From positions 11,352-75,351 of the forward strand of contig CAZLTL010000009.1 of the NCBI GenBank assembly GCA_964562525.1: a stretch of DNA of 64,000 bases. Reading direction: 5' to 3'. Made by a program: the position numbers and the translations under genes. Source of the stretch: an uncultured bacterium (GTDB taxonomy: Bacteria > Omnitrophota > Omnitrophia > Omnitrophales > Aquincolibacteriaceae). Below are positions 1 to 12,300 of this stretch, in pieces (the first letter of the stretch is position 1; each line of letters starts with the position of its first letter). The notes under the pieces are model-generated. The model searched no databases and was not told the origin of the DNA. It saw nothing but the letters and a program-made list of their open reading frames with translations.

Positions 1-3000
1 ACTATTCCGCCGGCTGTCATTTCGACAGTAATATCATTGCTTAAGTTAGCGCTTTTCAGATTCGTGATAATCGCAGCCAGGGTCGTGGTTTTATTTGTGT
101 TTTTATCAAGAAAAGAAGTTCCGAAGTTTTTCAAGTAGAGTTCGACAAGCGGCAATGTGTTAGCAATCGGCCCTGAAGTCAAAGGCGCTGAGGTGGAAAG
201 AAAAATCCCCCCAAAGAGAACTTTCGTGCCTGAGCGGATAGTTGAAAGCGTGAGAGATTGATTGGTGCCGTCACGGTTATTAAACCAGCTGACAGTAAGA
301 GTTCCGTCTGCAGCCTTTAAAATACTTATCCATTTAACGGCTGGTGGTGTTGAGTAAATTTGTGAGCGCAAAGATTCCATTGCGACTAGATCTGACGAAG
401 ATAAATGACCGAAATAATCATCAACGGCTTCAAATGCTTTTTTGGCGTCGAGCATGCCTGTTGCAAGGGACGGCATCGCGGTGGGAGCTTTTGCCGCAGC
501 AAAGATGCGAATGGTTTGGCTTGAGGTCAAAAATATCGTGAATGGCTTTGAATTGAATTGACCGGAGAAAACAGATAATCCGTTGACGCGCTGAAGTGTT
601 ACTCGACTGCCAGAGTTGTTTGTGAGAATGCTTTTAATGTCAGCGGCAAGTCGCGCTGTTTCCTTGTCGATCACCATGTTTTCAAGGTAGAGCTGGGCCT
701 GCTGAGCGCTTATTTCAGTGAGCTGCTCATGCGAGACAACCAGTGTTTTTTGCTGATTTCGCGGATCATTTTGAATTTTGAGCGTTGTGAACTTGCCGTC
801 AATATTGCTGAAAAACTGAATATAAACGGAACCATCGCGATCCATGGAGCTCAAAATGTTGCCGCCGGTTTTTAAAAGTTCGGTTTTAAGCGCAAGCACT
901 TCCGCTTGAATTGTGGCGCCGGCCGCCGGCAGAACGGCGTTTAACAAGGTTTCGGTGCTTTTCCAAAGAGCCAAGGCCGGTAATTTGACATCGAAAACTT
1001 GCATCACATCTGACGGATTGGCACTTGAATTAATTTCGTAGCGTTTTCCGCCGAAAGACAAGATTAACTTAGAAGCATTCGGATCGTAAATTTCGAGTTT
1101 GGCGGTGCTAAGGGCAGTTAGAACATCAATTAAATTTGTTTTGTTTGAAATTTGACCGATGGCATCCCGCAATGCTTTAGCTGCTTGCTGATTAATGTTG
1201 CTTCCGCCGTTGATTCCGTTATACGAGAAATAAAAAGAGTTTGTTGTTTCTTCTATGCTTCCAAGTCCCTGGCCGTCATAATTTACACGGACATAAAAGT
1301 CGATTGTTTTCACTTCCCCGAGTTTGGTTGTTGTGTCAACAATGCTGAATTTATAGTTTCCGTTCAGTTCAAGCGTCTTTGTAATGATAGTTCCCGGAAA
1401 GATTTTTTTCACAGAAGCCTCTAATGGCAAGATGTAACGCAAGTCCGTCTGCTCTTCGATGAATACCGGCGGTGTGCTGCCGCGGGCGTAGCTGACTTCA
1501 TAATCTCGGTTTTTAAGTGTGAAGCTAAAGCTGTTTACCTTGGGGTCATAGGTTTTCAAAATAGAAACTTGAGTGACGGCTTTGATTTTATCTTCGAAAG
1601 AAGTAATGGCTGACAATGTGACGGGAGATTGCCCCGGGGCATCCACACCAAACGAAGCAAAAAGGGCTGCGTTAAAATCCGCAACAGTTCCCGCCGGAAC
1701 CGTGATTCCTTGGAAGTTTGCGGCAAAGCTGCTAGGAACCATTTCAATGTTGCCATTATTCATTTCCATCTTAAAAGTCATCGACGCGAAGTTTTTTGCG
1801 GGAATGGTTTTTAGCAGCGAAGAGATTTTTATATTATAAATTCCTTGAGGTGAAATAGACACAATCTCAACTTTGAGATTTGTATTTGCCAGATGATTGC
1901 GCAGAGTTGTCATAACATAGTTTGTCACGGCTGCTCTATCGGTGATGTCTTCCACGAGCCAATCTTTTTTTAATGCGGAATATTTCACTTCGTATTGGCG
2001 ACCATCTTTTTCATAAGTTAAGAGCGCGGCTGCGTTCGCTGTTCCTGAAGGCGGAATGGAATTGATTTTGGCGTTGAGCAAATGCTGAAAAGCTTGAGAT
2101 GAGCTTCCGGCTGAAAATAAAATTCCAGCATCGCGCAGCATGTCTGAAGCTTGAATCCCCACGCTGATACCATCTTGTCTAAAGAAAACCGGCGCAGGCT
2201 TGGTTTCAAGGTTGGCACCTTTAATTGAAAACTCGATTCGCTGAATAGTGCCGTTTTCAGCCCCGTTTGTTAACCGCTCAATGCGCACGGTGATAATTTC
2301 ACCGGCTTTAGCCGATGCATTGACACGATATGTGCCTTGACCGAATAAGGAATCAACGGAATCTTGTAGTCCAAGAATGTAGTTAGCAGAGGCGCCGATA
2401 TTCGCGCTCTTGTAACTGCCTTGAATTGGAAGGCTGTCTTTTTGAATGCCGACAAAGTCGATGCCCTCACCTTTAAAGTTAATTGTGCGTGTTAAACTTG
2501 TGGTTCCGGTTGTTTTTGCGGAAGCGACTGTTAGTTGTGATAAAGCTAAAACCTCATACAAACCGTGGGGATTAATAACCGAGCTTTCTGCGGCAATCCC
2601 TGCTCCGGAATTGCGAACAAGCCCCGTCTCAAGAGCGGAGCTTAAGGCTTCACGAAGAATAGATACATCTTGTTGTGATGGCGAGGTCAGCGTGCCTTTG
2701 TAGCTTAAGCTCAGCGAGCTCATATCAACACTAAACTTATTATCAGCTGCAGAGTTTAAAGTTACTGAAAGTGAAGTAAGCGTTCCTGCAGTTTGGGCTT
2801 TCGTACTGCTGTAGCTAATTTTAAGTTTTTCAACACCGCTTTCGTTTACGATGTCCAGGGTGTAGTTTGATGGCAACGTAGCGCGCAGCCCATCATAAAG
2901 ACTTTGACGATTTTCATTTTGAGAGGGAAGTGAGGAAGCCATGGCTGAGAGCGGGCTTTCGTTTCGTTCTTCTAAATCACAACCTGATTCCCCGCAGTGA

Positions 3001-3164
3001 TTGGTAACATCCGGGTTACCTGTGCTCTCGGGAGACACTTCGGGCGTTTGCTGATTTTGAGCTTCGATAGTTGTTGCTTGTTGGGCCTCTGCCATGGGAA
3101 GAAATGAAAAAGTAAGTATCAAAACAAGTGTTCCGGCGACCCATTTTTTTAATTGCGCAAGCAT
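1..3164 (-). CDS. Large secreted protein, 3'-truncated by the window edge (at least 1054 aa); modular repeat protein of unknown function
   Basis: My own reverse-complement translation from the ATG at 3164..3162 is open all the way to position 1. Every minus-strand ORF the track lists in this region is in another frame, and the ORF finder omitted this one because it has no stop in the window. An AAGGGG ribosome-binding site lies 5 nt upstream, and an in-frame TAA 4 codons upstream fixes the start. N-terminus MLAQLKKWVAGTLVLILTFSFLPMAEAQQ is a Sec signal peptide. Recurrent motifs KDGRQYEVKYS / KNRDYEVSYA / GGKRYEINSS suggest repeated modules. Confidence 0.6.
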   Translation of the reverse strand, partial: MLAQLKKWVAGTLVLILTFSFLPMAEAQQATTIEAQNQQTPEVSPESTGNPDVTNHCGESGCDLEERNESPLSAMASSLPSQNENRQSLYDGLRATLPSNYTLDIVNESGVEKLKISYSSTKAQTAGTLTSLSVTLNSAADNKFSVDMSSLSLSYKGTLTSPSQQDVSILREALSSALETGLVRNSGAGIAAESSVINPHGLYEVLALSQLTVASAKTTGTTSLTRTINFKGEGIDFVGIQKDSLPIQGSYKSANIGASANYILGLQDSVDSLFGQGTYRVNASAKAGEIITVRIERLTNGAENGTIQRIEFSIKGANLETKPAPVFFRQDGISVGIQASDMLRDAGILFSAGSSSQAFQHLLNAKINSIPPSGTANAAALLTYEKDGRQYEVKYSALKKDWLVEDITDRAAVTNYVMTTLRNHLANTNLKVEIVSISPQGIYNIKISSLLKTIPAKNFASMTFKMEMNNGNIEMVPSSFAANFQGITVPAGTVADFNAALFASFGVDAPGQSPVTLSAITSFEDKIKAVTQVSILKTYDPKVNSFSFTLKNRDYEVSYARGSTPPVFIEEQTDLRYILPLEASVKKIFPGTIITKTLELNGNYKFSIVDTTTKLGEVKTIDFYVRVNYDGQGLGSIEETTNSFYFSYNGINGGSNINQQAAKALRDAIGQISNKTNLIDVLTALSTAKLEIYDPNASKLILSFGGKRYEINSSANPSDVMQVFDVKLPALALWKSTETLLNAVLPAAGATIQAEVLALKTELLKTGGNILSSMDRDGSVYIQFFSNIDGKFTTLKIQNDPRNQQKTLVVSHEQLTEISAQQAQLYLENMVIDKETARLAADIKSILTNNSGSRVTLQRVNGLSVFSGQFNSKPFTIFLTSSQTIRIFAAAKAPTAMPSLATGMLDAKKAFEAVDDYFGHLSSSDLVAMESLRSQIYSTPPAVKWISILKAADGTLTVSWFNNRDGTNQSLTLSTIRSGTKVLFGGIFLSTSAPLTSGPIANTLPLVELYLKNFGTSFLDKNTNKTTTLAAIITNLKSANLSNDITVEMTAGGI

Positions 3165-3255
3165 GAAAGCCCCTTATTTTGTAATTTAATTGTCTTTTTA
3201 AATCTAATGAAAATGTATCCTAACCTATTATCTAAAGCAACCACTTGGATAGCAA

Positions 3256-3272
3256 TGCTATTTTTTGCTATA
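3256..3272 (+). promoter_or_regulatory. Direct-repeat motif TGCTAT-N4-TGCTATA (preceded by AA), candidate operator about 95 bp upstream of the truncated secreted-protein gene
   Basis: Read directly: caaTGCTATttttTGCTATAag. The same architecture recurs at 13190..13206 in the divergent control region of the giant genes. The 10-bp periodicity is typical of winged-helix or response-regulator sites. Confidence 0.3.
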
Positions 3273-3310
3273 AGAAGATGCTGCCGTCCCAGATACGGGA
3301 TCTGGTATGG

Positions 3311-3360
3311 GTGTATAAAAGGCGAGACCTCCGAAGGCTGTTTTAAGCTTGCCTTCGGAG
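3311..3360 (-). terminator. Rho-independent terminator downstream of the 3237-aa gene
   Basis: Perfect 10-bp stem ctccgaaggc / gccttcggag (3329-3338 / 3351-3360) with a 12-nt loop, followed on the minus strand by cgccttttatac (T-run). Confidence 0.5.
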
Positions 3361-3389
3361 GCGCATCGAAGAGATCGTTGAAACTTTGT

Positions 3390-6300
3390 TTAGGCTTGTT
3401 GGAGACGCTTTCTTCTTGCGTCTTCGTCTTCTTGATCAATATAAATGGGCGTTAAGCTTTCGCGCATTTGTTCCCACATGGTCCAAAAAGCGCCACGGTA
3501 TTCGGCGGTGCGATCCATCAGAAGTGTTTTTACAAAATTCAATTCCGTGGGGTCTTTAACCAGTTCGAGGGTTTGCTTCAATTCGCCCATGTTGCCGTTT
3601 TCATCTGCTGCGTAAAATTTGGCATAATTGTCTTGAAGAACTTTAAAACCAATAACTTTACCGTCTTGGCTATAAAGCTTGTCGGTAATGATATCGGATG
3701 GGCATGGTGTTGTAATGCAATTGACAGCGGTTTTTTCAGTTGTTTTGTAAAGGGTTCCCTCATTGCTGAGCCCTAAAACACTTACGGCTAAGTCTTGCTC
3801 AACTTGACTTAACGCAACCGCACCTTCCGGAAGCTTGTTTGCTATCGCGGACATTAAGTCTTCGCCCTCCGCGATCATTTGACTCATAACTTCACGAGGA
3901 TCGATCGGCATTGCCATGGGTTCCAAAGCGATAGGAGCGAGGACGGGAAATTCCATTTTAAGAGTTTCAAGTTCTTCAGCTGAGGTTGCCGCGCTGATTT
4001 TTTCCTGATAAGTGATAAGGTCGTTGGCCAACATTTGGTGCGCTGCAATTTCTGATTTAAGCGAAGCAAGTGCACCATAATGCAAGAATGATTCAAAGAT
4101 TTCCTTTTCCTGCTCTAATGTGTTGTCCAAGAAAAAGCGCATTTCACTGAGTTTTTCCGCGATGGCATCAATCGCTGGGGTATTGGGCCTGTCGCTATCA
4201 ACTACTTTTTGCATTTCCGTCATCAGCGCTTCAAGCCGGGTTTTCAATGCGTTGATTTCGGCGCCAAATTCTCCGACGCGCTGGTCAGCCAGGCGTTTCA
4301 TTTCTTCGAGGCTTGCAATAAGCCCGGCCAAAAGAGAATCGTTATCAGCTTGTGCGGAATCGATTCTTCCCAGAAGTTCATTGCGAGCCGTTTCAAATTC
4401 GAAAAGCGGGCTTGTGATTATTGTGTCGCTTACCTTGAGTCCCGCTGCTAGCGTCATATTCATGGTGGCTTGCAGCGTTTTTCCGCCTGACGCGGTAAAT
4501 TCAAGCTTCAATGAAAAATTATTTTCACTTGAAGATATGATTTTTATCGACTTAATCACAATTTCAGGTTGGGCTTCAAAATTAATGCCCGCCTTGAGCG
4601 CGGCTTCTTCATAAACAGCCAAAATAGCTTTCGCTGCTTCAGCGCGACCGCCTTGAATTAAGATGCGGAACAAATTCGTATTAATTCGTGTTGCGCCGGC
4701 GAATAAGCTTGAGCTGTCCGGCTTGCTCACAAAGCGAATGACCATGTTGCGTAAATCCTTAAGTGAAGGACCGGGTAGCATGTCATACATAATGTTGTCA
4801 AACACAGAAGGCATAAAGACACCATCGCCGGGATTAAAATCCCCGACATCGCCTGTGGTTAACCCTTTGAGTTTCAAATAATCTTCCGGTGAAGACCAAC
4901 GATCCAGCCCCAGGGCATTCATTTCACCGATTAAGGCGTTAACCAGCTCTGAAACGGGAACGAGCATTTTCTCTCCGACATTACCGCGGAAACTGGTGAT
5001 TTGAACCGAGCGCATCATCAAATTTTCGTAAAAATTAGCCAACCCTTGCATCGCTTGACGCTCAACATCTTTTGCTTTTTGCGGCCCATACACAGCGCTG
5101 AATTCGGTTGGAGCGCTTTCATCGCTTTGGGTGTAGCCATTTTCTTGCAGCCATGTTGCCAGGCGGGTGATCGCTGCGCGAACTGCGGTAACGGTATCAG
5201 CAAATTTTCTATCCATTGCCGGCATATCATCTTGGTTGATGACCGGAGGAATTTGCATGGAGACTTGCATTGCTTGCGCGATGGATTGCTGTGTATAGCT
5301 GAGCTGCATCGCAAAACGAATTTTATCTGTTTTGACCTGCTCGAGCGTTTGGTTCATTGCGCCTGCAAATGCACGCATTTTTTCAATAGGGTCCACACCC
5401 GGCTCGATATAGATCCCGTCAAAAAACAACTCGGGCAATTTTCCCTCGAGATCACGAAGCGCCTCGAGGCTATCCGCATTTTGAAGGCTGTTTTGATAAG
5501 CAATCAAATTTTGAGCGTGGTTATTTCTTCCTGCGGCTTCCATATCAAGAAGATGACGGAAGCTGTGAATGGTATATTGAATTAAAGCGTCGATTTCACC
5601 TTGAACAGTGTTATCCAAATAACTGCGCATTTCTGCTGCTTGAGCCTCGATTTGAAAACGGGTTTCGGTGCGAATGTCATCGCTTTCAAGTGCTTTTTCA
5701 AGGTCAGCGAGCATTCCCTTAAGCTTTTGAATTAATTCTTCAACTGAAGCATTAATTTCTAATTTCTTTGCTTCAAGCAATCTCTCTGCTTCGGCGATGC
5801 GGTTTCCTAGGTCGGCCATAGCCGCTTCATTTTTATTTATTTCATCTTGCGTTTTTTCAAGCATGACCGAACGCAGCGCTTCAAGCTCTTCTTTTACATC
5901 CTGAAGCTTTACGTTCCCCTCATCATTAATTTCAACGTTGAAAAGGCGGCCATCCAGCGTGACGGTTTTTACGGCAGGGTAATCGACTAAAGCGGTCGTT
6001 TGTCCGTAGGAACCGTCTTCTTTTTGACCCCATTTTGAGAAAACCAGACCATAGCCTAAATATTTAGGCGTATAAGGAGAAGGCTTCATAACCGACTCGG
6101 AGCCATCGGTTGTTGGAGAATAAACGACTAACTCCATTGTTTGCTCATAAGCTTCGCCAAAGGTAATTGAGTAATCACCGAAATTTTGATTATTACGAAT
6201 CAAAATATCATCGGATCTCTGCTCTGTTCCCGCAAGCAAATCAACCTGACCGACAACAATATAGCCGGTTTGATAATCCGCCATTTGCACAAAGCGGGGA

Positions 6301-9300
6301 GTGAGACCGTTTTCACCGCGCGCATAAGTGACTGAAAATTTAAGACCTTCCCATTTATTTGCGTCGCCGGAAAAATGGTATTCCGTTTTGATGCGAGCAT
6401 GCTGATCAATCAGTTCATGATTGCCTGAAGAGTTGATGGCATTAAAAACGTCAGCAGTAATTGTTGCGGAAGCATATTGCACGATATGCGGCGGAACGGA
6501 CACCCAAGTATCGGGATGACAAGGTGCTTTATAGCAGCCTTGGTCAGTTTGCCAATAACCTGCGGTTACATAGTTTGTGTAGTTTCCGGAGTAAGTAGTT
6601 TCACCATTAACAGTTGAGCTTGAAACGGAAATGATTTGTGAGTAATTGCCTTCCGCATCATAAGCATAAAATGTTTTTGTGGTTGATTCGCTTGCCGGGT
6701 AATAGGGGCGCCAAATGGGACGATAATATTCCACATCAGGTTTGTAAGCTCGGTCGATTTCTTCATTTGTGATCGCCGGCTTTTCAATAGGTCTAAGATT
6801 ATCATATTGCTCGACTTCAATCGGGCGCTTGTAGTAATAATCATGATTTGCTGTATGAGAAATGATGGAAGCAATTTTTTGTTGTCCGTTTACAAGTGTG
6901 TAGGTGTACGATGTTTTCCCTGAGCTATAACCGTTCTTATAGTAAGAAGTGAACCACGACTCAGCCTCGATCATTCCGTTTTCGTTATAGTAAGTTGTCG
7001 AGCTTGAGGCATGATTCCAATAGCTGCGCTCTTCCTTTCTTTCAAAAGAGATAACGCTATTAAGGCTTTCCGAGAGCTGTAAGGTCCATGTCTTTTCGCC
7101 TTCATAGTAGTAGGGATACCACATCTCGACCATTTGGCTTGAAAGCGCTTGCTTATCTTCATCCGAAATTACCGGAAAAGACGAATCAACCGGCTCAACG
7201 GCTTTTTCTTCCGTGTGAAGAATGTAGTCGTATTCTTTGTAATCCAGTTTATTTTTTATGCTGAGGTTGATTTGTTTGGTGTCCGGGTCGAATGTGCCCG
7301 AATATTGTGTTCCATACCAAGTCACTGTCGCTGTGCCGTCAAGCGCGACCGAGACCTTCAAGTTATTTTGGCCGCCATCCGTTGAAGCCGGAAGCACAAT
7401 TTCAAACGGCTTTTCAATCATTTGTTTAAGCTCAATCACGCCGTCTTTATTCAATGAAATTTCATAAAGAACGCCGTCAAGCGTAACGCGGCTTTCTTTC
7501 GGGAAAGCGGCAAAAACACTTTTACCGGTACTTGCATTTTGGAAATAAATCCCAACGGTTGAACCATGAATGCCCCAAGGTGTGAACCAGTTGGCATAAT
7601 AATTTTTTCCGTTGACGCTTACTTTGGGTTGATTGTATTTGATCAAAATATCATCACCGCTTCCCATCGGAGAATCAGGTGTGCCCACAATGGCATAAGC
7701 TGTGTATTTCCCACCAGTGAAAGAATCTTGCACTAGTGGCTTTTGATCCCAATTAGCCGAACCATCGTTTGAGTATGTGAGGCGTGAGTCAAACTGATTG
7801 GAATTTTCCGGATAGTTAGATATAGATTTATAAGCCGCGATTTGCAATGCGGTTTCCATGGTGAGGTCGGCCGTCACCTTGGCGAAATCTTCTTCGCTCA
7901 TCTCGCGCGTGGTAAAAGCAGTTGTTGTGCGGCTTCCGTCGCTGTTTGTAACCGAGCTTTCAAACCAAAAATAGTATTCAGTTGTTTCGACCCAAACCGT
8001 GCTTGGGGGAGTAAGACCCATAAAAATATCTCGTCCGGCTGTAATGGTTATGTCCGCGCCGTTTGAATCTTTTCGAAAGAAGTAGCGCGATTCGTTTGTC
8101 AGTTTTCCTTCGGAATCGTGAATGGTCCAAAGCGTTTCCGATTTCACTTGTGTGTCATCGATGTAATTGTGAACGTAGGTGTAGCGGTCGCCCCAGCTGT
8201 AAGTCGTTTCTTCTTTAACCAGACGGCCCAAATGGTCTTGGACAGTTGTTTTGGTTTCACTTTCAGAAACATAAATAGAAATGATTTGTTTTGTGTTGCC
8301 TTGAATTCCGCGCCAAGTAGTGACGGTGGTTTGCTCGTCGGGCTTCAAAATTGTTTTTGTGCCTAGCAGATTTCCATTGGCATCAAAATAAGTCGCTACA
8401 GATTTGTCTTCATTTTCTGTTTTATAAGCGGCTTTTTTCTCGAAGAGCGTTTCAGCCGTTGTATTTTCTTCTGCTGAAACATCAAGCTTTTTCACGGCTT
8501 CTTCAAGAGTGACGCCCCCGTTGTTTGTCATCTTAATGTTGTATTTAATCCCGTTCAGCTCAACTTGAGCTTGTTTGGGGTATTCGACAAAAGTATTTTT
8601 GCCCATGTCGTAAATCACAACACCAAAGGGCTGAAGGCCTGTTTCTCCATTAATAACCGGAAAGCTCCAAGAAATAATTGCGTTGCGGTCTTCTAAGCGG
8701 AGATTGTTTGGCGTGACATTAAGTTCGATGTCATCACCTGTGCCCGGATTGCTATCGGCATTACCCACAACAAGGAAATAGCGACTTGTTTGAAGGTTCT
8801 CAATGACAGAGCGATAAAGAGGCGTTTCGCTCCACGAGCCGTCTTCTTTGCGAAAAAAATGGTCAGTGATTAATTTACCGGCAACTTCAGAGCCTTTTGA
8901 GAGGGCCGCAGTTGTTTTGATAAATTCTTCCAGCGAAGTAGCTGCATTTAGATTTGCAAGAAGGGGGTGGTTGGCGCGGACTCCGAACCCTGTGTATCCA
9001 GAGGCGTTCTTTCCATCCGCTGTAAAAAGATGGACGACAATGATCGATGAAATCAAGTTGATTTCTACGCGCAACTTATCACCATTTTGCTCAGTTCTTT
9101 TAATGGTTATGTTTTCAAGAATGAGCTTGCCATCACTTTGTTTTTCAATCATATGCTCTTTGACCATGTCCGACGGCAGGAAATACTGAGAGCGCTTTTC
9201 AGTTCTTAATACGGGGGTCTCTACCGTAACGATTTTGTTTAGAATGTTCCAGTTGCCGTCATAGGAAACATGAGAGATTTCTTTTCGTGCAACCGTTCCA

Positions 9301-12300
9301 TCCTGGGTATAGTCAGTGGCTTCGGAGTAACTTTCCTGGTTTGGATGATATGTTGTCAAAGTCTTTGAGAGCTCTTTGCCGGAAGCGTCGGCAAGAGTTT
9401 GAAGCTCAGAATCAAGCTCATATTCTGTGCCGTTCGGGCGGATCGATTGAACCCATTTCACAGAAAGCAAAAAGTCACTTGTGAGATCAAATTGACGATA
9501 TGTTTCTGTTTTTGTATTTATTCCATTGACTACTTCGTAGGTAAATGCGCTTTCTTGTTCGTAGGTTAGAGTTCCGTTCGCAGCAAAATCACTTAAAATT
9601 TGACGGCTGTATTCTGTTGATGTTGCATCGAGATAAGTTGTGATCTGCTTGGAAGTGATGCCGTTTGGAATTTTGTATTCATAGTATGTTTCGCGCCCAG
9701 CTGAATCTTTCAATGTAGTAAGCGTATAGTTGTTACCTGTGACCACGGTCATTGTTTGCTTCGTGATGCCAGCAGCATCTACCCAAGACCCAAATTCTTT
9801 CGTGTAAGAGCCCATTACTTCAAAATTCTTATTGAAGAAGTAATAAGTGTGAGTTGGCTCGACATCGGGACACGCCCCAGCCCCAGAGCAGTCAGGTGAT
9901 CTGCGTAATAGCTGATAAGCTGGCATTTCCCCAAAAATATGATCTGCGATTCCGCTGAAGGTAATTTCAGTTTGAAATTGGACCTGCGAACCGTCGGCGT
10001 TTTTCCAAACGATTGAGTTTCGTTGAATATCTTGTACGCGGCGGATACCAATTACGTTGTTATTCTCATCAAAATAAGATGTCTCCGTCCAATTCTCACC
10101 GCCGTCCATAAGGTCAGAGCTGTGACTCCCCGTAATAACTGCGTAATTGGCTTGTCTTCCAAAAATAGCATGGATTGTCAGGTTTTCGCCTGCGGAAATA
10201 TCAAGCCGGACATCTTTTTTCAATGGGGCAACAATAACCCGACCATCTTCCGCGCGATAAGCCTTGTAGTTGTTCTCGCTGACTGAAAAATAAACCGCGC
10301 CATTTTCGACTTTTACAACATTGATGGACATCATTTGCTGGAAAACAGAGGCTTCTCCGACAACGTTATTGATAGCAATCATTTTCATCGGGCAAATTTG
10401 ACCTTCAGGGCACACATTCATAGCGGCAAATAGTAATTCAGCATCTTTGCCCGAAACCATGGCACCGTTGTAGTCAACATTCATGGATCCGGAAATTCGG
10501 GTTCCGTCCGCGTTGAGTCTAAAGGACATGGAGCCGAATGAACCCGGCGCGGGCGCAACCATAGTACACATCATGTCTTCGGGGCATTGGAAGCTGCGGT
10601 CAATCGAAACTAAATAAGTGCCATCTTCTTGAAGTGAAGCATTAATTCTTGTGTTGTCGTTTCCGAGCTGGTCTCGAATGGTTTGAATATAACTTGCGAT
10701 AGCCGGAGGTAATGAACCATTATCATTTTGTTTCTCAAGTACAACCTGTCCGCTTTCATCACGGAAGGCTTTGTAACTATTTTCACCTCTTGAAAAATAT
10801 ATCGCTCCAGCTTCGACTCGAGTGACAGAAGTTTTTGTCATTTCAACCAGCGTTTCCATGTCGGTGATGAATCGTGCTGAAATCATTTTGCCGTTATCAA
10901 CCGTACTTTCTTTGATTAAAGCTTGGCGCAATCCTTCAAAGAGCAATGTTGCATCGTTTTTTACTTTGTCCCCATAGAAGCTTACTCCGATAGATTCGGG
11001 TAATACGTTCCCATTTTCATCAACAGCGAAGCTCATCGATTGAAAGCCGGATGTGGGTTGCATGAGCCATTCTTTCGAATCAGTTACGCGGATAGAAAAA
11101 AGACCATTTTCTACTGTAATGGAAACAGTCAAGCCGTCGCCGAAAGCGGCTTGGTAGGCTGCCACTGCAGGCGGCAATGTAACCTCGTCCAGCGAAATTT
11201 TTTCTCCGTTGGGTCCGAACCATTCTTGCCGGCTTCCCCAATAGTTCAACGCGTAACCAATCATTTTTTTATCGTCATCAAAGTATTGAATTGTGTCAGG
11301 ACGCATGACTTGAGCGCAGGCTTCGCCTGTGCAGTTCGCTCCCGAAATGGTTTTTTGATAAACAGGCGTTTGTTTGAAAGCTTTTGTTGCATCTTCGAGG
11401 AATTCCGTTGCGTTAACAAGTTTGAGATCTCTTGCTTGCCCCCAGCGATCAAGGTGCGCGATGGGATTTTTATCATCTTCGGGGACGTACACAAGCGTAT
11501 AACTTTCGATGGTTTGCCCGCCGGTTGCTTGGCTTACATTGGATACACGGCCCAAATAACTGCCGGAAGCCGAGTAATAAAAATGATCTGTGGTGTCGGA
11601 GCCGGTGCATTTGGGCGGGATTGATTTTGTGCAAACAATGCCGATGTCCGAGTCTTCTGAGCGGACATAGGTCGTTGTTTCTCCCAAGTAGTCCGTTGCG
11701 ATATGGTCGGCTCCGGGGTCAATGGCTCTCAAAGGTTCGGATGAAGTGTATGAGCCGTCCTCGTTCTTTTTGACTGCATAAAAATATTCCCCGCGCTGAA
11801 TCACAAACTGTGCATCATTGAGGGTCCCGCTTACAAATTTAACTTCTACATTGTCGGAAGTTGTCCAAACCGTTACTTCCGGGGTGGATGAGTTGTATTC
11901 CATCTTTCCTAAATAGGACCCATCCGCTGAGGAGTAAGTTGTTCTTGTGTCATAGCAAGGGTCTTGATCGCAAACAAGGTTTGTCTCAACTCTTTTATAA
12001 ATAACAGGGTGAGTTTCTTTGTTGATATCCAAAATCACGGTGGTTTGCTCTGATTCGGTTCCTTCTACTTGAGTCTGAGGCTGTTGTGTTTCCGGAACGG
12101 TGAAGCTGGTTGACGTTGTGCCTGAAAAGGATACGTAGTTGTAATAATCGTTTGAAGCGATTTCAACATAGTAAGTCTGGCCTTGTGACAGCCCGCTGAT
12201 GTCGATGTCTTGCGAGCAAGAGCCATAGCTGTAGCAATTGCTCAAAGAAGTTTCGCTAATCTGGTTGTAGGACGAATCTTTCAAGCGCAGAACTAGGTTA

